A stretch of DNA of 64,000 nt, taken from Flectonema sp. DT1601. Its lineage: Eukaryota. The position numbers and the translations under genes were made by a program. The stretch's first letter is position 1. Every line of letters begins with the position of its first letter. The DNA lies in NCBI GenBank assembly GCA_964019425.1, contig OZ025787.1, positions 186,001 to 250,000 of the forward strand, in the 5' to 3' direction. Positions 61,055 to 64,000 of this stretch are shown here, piece by piece. The notes under the pieces are model-generated. The model worked only from the letters and a program-made list of their open reading frames with translations. It did no database searches and was not told where the DNA came from.

Positions 61055-64000
61055 CTACATTCCATGAGCTGTACTTAAATGCCTTCTAATGATATCTTTT
61101 GGATACAGTTCCTGACAAACTGGACATCTCGTGGCGTCAGTATCAGTCTGACTGGCTTCTATTTGAAGTCTGTTGAGAATATGAGTGCATTTTTGTTCGA
61201 TATTTTCAGCTACCTGAACATTCTCAATTCTGTTGTCTTCGTCAGCAATGTCAGCGAATGATTGCCTTCCAAGAATCTCTGTTACCTTACAAGCAAGGTT
61301 TTGTAAAGTTGAAACATTTCTGTTGAAGTTATCCGCAAGAACAGCACCAGTTTGTAAATAGTCATCAAGCTTATGTTCTAAACTTTGTAAATCTTCAATA
61401 CTTTCAGACATAGCAACAGTAACATGTTCTATCAACTCATGCTGTACCTTCTCATCGTATAATCTGCTGGCTAACTTATCAATGACGTCTCTATTCTTCT
61501 GTTGCATTGCAGCATTCAATAATGTCATCATTTCACTCTTTTCACTGTTACAGATGCTGTTGTTCTGGACTAACATTTTAGCTAGTGTAGCAAGAGTATT
61601 CTGTTTTTTTTTTTTTGGTTTGATTTTTTTGTTATTTGTTTTTTTTTTTCGCATCACCATGTAAATTTAGTACTACAGACCTGAACGAATTCAATTGATT
61701 CGTCCCGCTCTTCAACGTCTGCTCTGAGTTTTTGAATTTGTTTGTCTGCGGTCTCAGCTTCTTTTTGTAGGTGGTCGTTGTCCTCCTGTTTGGTTAATTG
61801 TTTTTATTAAGTAATATATAAAGTATTTGTTGCGCTAGTTTATAAAATTACATACGAGGAGTCTGCTCTCGTTACGCTCAAGGTTCATGATACGAATTAC
61901 AAAAGCTTCATTTTGTTCATCTTTCTCAATGAGTTGAGTTCTCATCTGACTTACCTGCTCTTTTAGGTGCTCCAGTTCGCTGACGGCGTTGTCACGTTCG
62001 CTGGTGACACCAGCGAGCATGACGCCTAGACGTCCTTTTTCAGCAGCAACATTCTCCTGAAGTGAGAGGTTTTCTTTTCTTAGACCAACGTTCTCTTCTG
62101 CGTATTTCTTTACCTGAACTACCATATCTTGGTATCCTGACTTTGACTTGTCTGAGATTGAGCTGATTGTTTCTATTTGTTTCTCACGCTGTTGTACTTC
62201 AGCAGTACGAGCAGCAAGCTCTTGATTTTGTTCAATGACTCTCTTTTTGAGTTGGTGGCATTCGTCTCTGAATGTCTTGTTCTCTAACACCATGACGTCC
62301 ATTTGAGCTTTTTGTTGGTCCATTGCATCCTCCAAGGCTGATTCGATATTACCTCCCTGTGCAGACATGGATTTTAATTGAACTTGCAGCTGTTCAACTT
62401 CTTGGCGATGCATTGACTTTTCGTATTCATGTTCTTCGTTTAGCTTTTCGAATTCCGCGAGTTTGTCGGAAAGTTTGGTGCGAAGGTCTTCACTTTCTTC
62501 GTTTGCCATTTTAGTTTCCGCGTCTTTTTCAATAGCTACCAATTCCCAGTCTTGTTTCATTTCGTCGTAACGGGTTAGCTCTTGGTTTTGTCCTTCAAGT
62601 GAGACTTCCAAGTCTTTTACCTTTTCTTGTAAGTCTTCTTTTGCTTTGTTTTCTTGAAGAAGTCGATCATTCAGTTCTTGTAAATTATGAGCTGAAGTTG
62701 CGTACATTCTTTCGTTTTCAAGTTTTGATAATTGAAGCTCAACGACTTCATTCTCTACCTTGTCAGCTTTCTTTGTGACTGCAACTACTTCCTGTCTAGC
62801 AGCAAATATTTCTTTTTCCTTCTCGTCAAGAAGATTAGCTGTTGCTCGTTGTTCTTCAAGTTGCATTTCTAACCGACTCCTTAAATCTTCCAGTTCATTG
62901 TTATGATTCTTCGCTATTGGTGATCTCTGTTGTGATATAACGAGTCGCTGTTTAAGTTGCTCGATCTCTTCTTCTGCTTGTTTGAAGAGCATTTCCCATT
63001 CAGCTGCTGTTCTTTGTTTGTTGACACGAGCCTTGTTTTGAATCTTTTTAGCTCTTTCAGCGAATCTCAGTACCGATAAAGTATCAGAATAATTACTACG
63101 AAGTTGAGACATAGTTACAATCATTGTGGTGATCGCATTACCACCAAGTGAGTTTTGCAGCACTCGAGTCAGCAGTGAATCTCTAAAAGAAATATATTTC
63201 TCTCCCTTACAAAGTTGAGTTATCACTATTCCAAGGTTGGTAAGAGATAAGTTGATTCTAGTGCCTTCGTAGGCTGTTTTACCTTTGGCTCCGGTTTTTC
63301 CGAGACTCTCACAACCAGCTAAATCAACAAGATTAAGTTGTGAAGTTGTAATGTTTTGCTGAATAGGATCCTTTTGAACGACATTAATTTGTATAATACT
63401 GTGACTTCTACTACTGGTGTCATTCATTGCTGTTGATGCAATGTGTCGTCTTGCTGCTCCAGAGTTGATTAACTGAAGTAGATCAGCAGGTGAGTTTAGC
63501 CTCGTTCTTATTAAACCGTTAATACGAAAGGTTTCTTTTGCACCTTCTAATCGGATACGTTCTTGTTCACCAGGTTTACTTAACAAATCAATAAGTTCTT
63601 CGTTGTATATTTCGTAGAAGGATGCTTCGACTACGAATGCTAATTCTTTTTTATTTGTAATTGTTTTTTCTAAGCGGTCGAATAGCTCGGTTACGATTCG
63701 AGGGATTAATCCACGTTCTGAAGAATTCAAACATTTAGTACTACCACCGTCTGGTGCTAACATTGTGTGAGTTTTTCCAGAACCGGTTTGTCCATACGCA
63801 AAGACGGTACCATTGTAACCTGCCATGATTTTGTCAACAGTCGGTGTTCCAATTTCTTCAAAAACGCTTTCTTGACCAGACTGAGTTCCAAACACATGAT
63901 CAAAATTAAATTTATGATGATATGGTGTACCTCCATCTTCGAGTGGAATGATGGTCTTATCATCAACACGAATACAAACATCACCTGGTCTGGGATTCAC
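61055..64000 (-). CDS. Kinesin (N-terminal motor, long coiled coil, C-terminal C2H2/UBZ-like finger); 5' end beyond the window; exons >64000-61856, 61785-61681, 61600-61055
   Basis: FNFDHVF, P-loop AYGQTGSGKTHTM, YEIYNE, SSRSH, LVDLAGCE, FRDSLLTRVLQNSLGGN. Phase-0 introns 61786-61855 and 61601-61680 join the 61055-61660 ORF. Confidence 0.93.

Overview
AT-rich eukaryotic nuclear DNA with many poly(A)/poly(T) tracts. About 21 credible protein-coding genes are present, all on the minus strand. This suggests a co-directional, probably polycistronic and SL trans-spliced cluster of a euglenozoan protist, most likely a diplonemid (inference from gene organisation, the presence of cis introns and protein architectures; no database search). 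Recognisable products are a membrane-anchored STE11/MEKK kinase, SRP14, a Slo/BK-type K+ channel, a divergent mitochondrial ferredoxin-like protein, a kelch protein, GalE, a WW+metacaspase-like protein, a tandem SGNH hydrolase, a PPR-like protein, an arylsulfatase, meckelin/TMEM67, a SAM methyltransferase with a CCCH finger, and a kinesin cut by the window edge. I reconstructed 16 GT-AG introns by hand from reading-frame continuity. The strongest unexplained signal is a splice-site dichotomy: these cis introns have no polypyrimidine tract and end in A/C-rich tracts, often complementary to U/G-rich 5' halves, whereas most AG acceptors just upstream of start codons carry ordinary U-rich tracts. 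The introns also sit in the 3' part of genes. Intergenic DNA carries a fold-back MITE-like family ending in a C(GAA)G mini-hairpin, several other short dispersed repeats, and possible decayed mobile-element relics.
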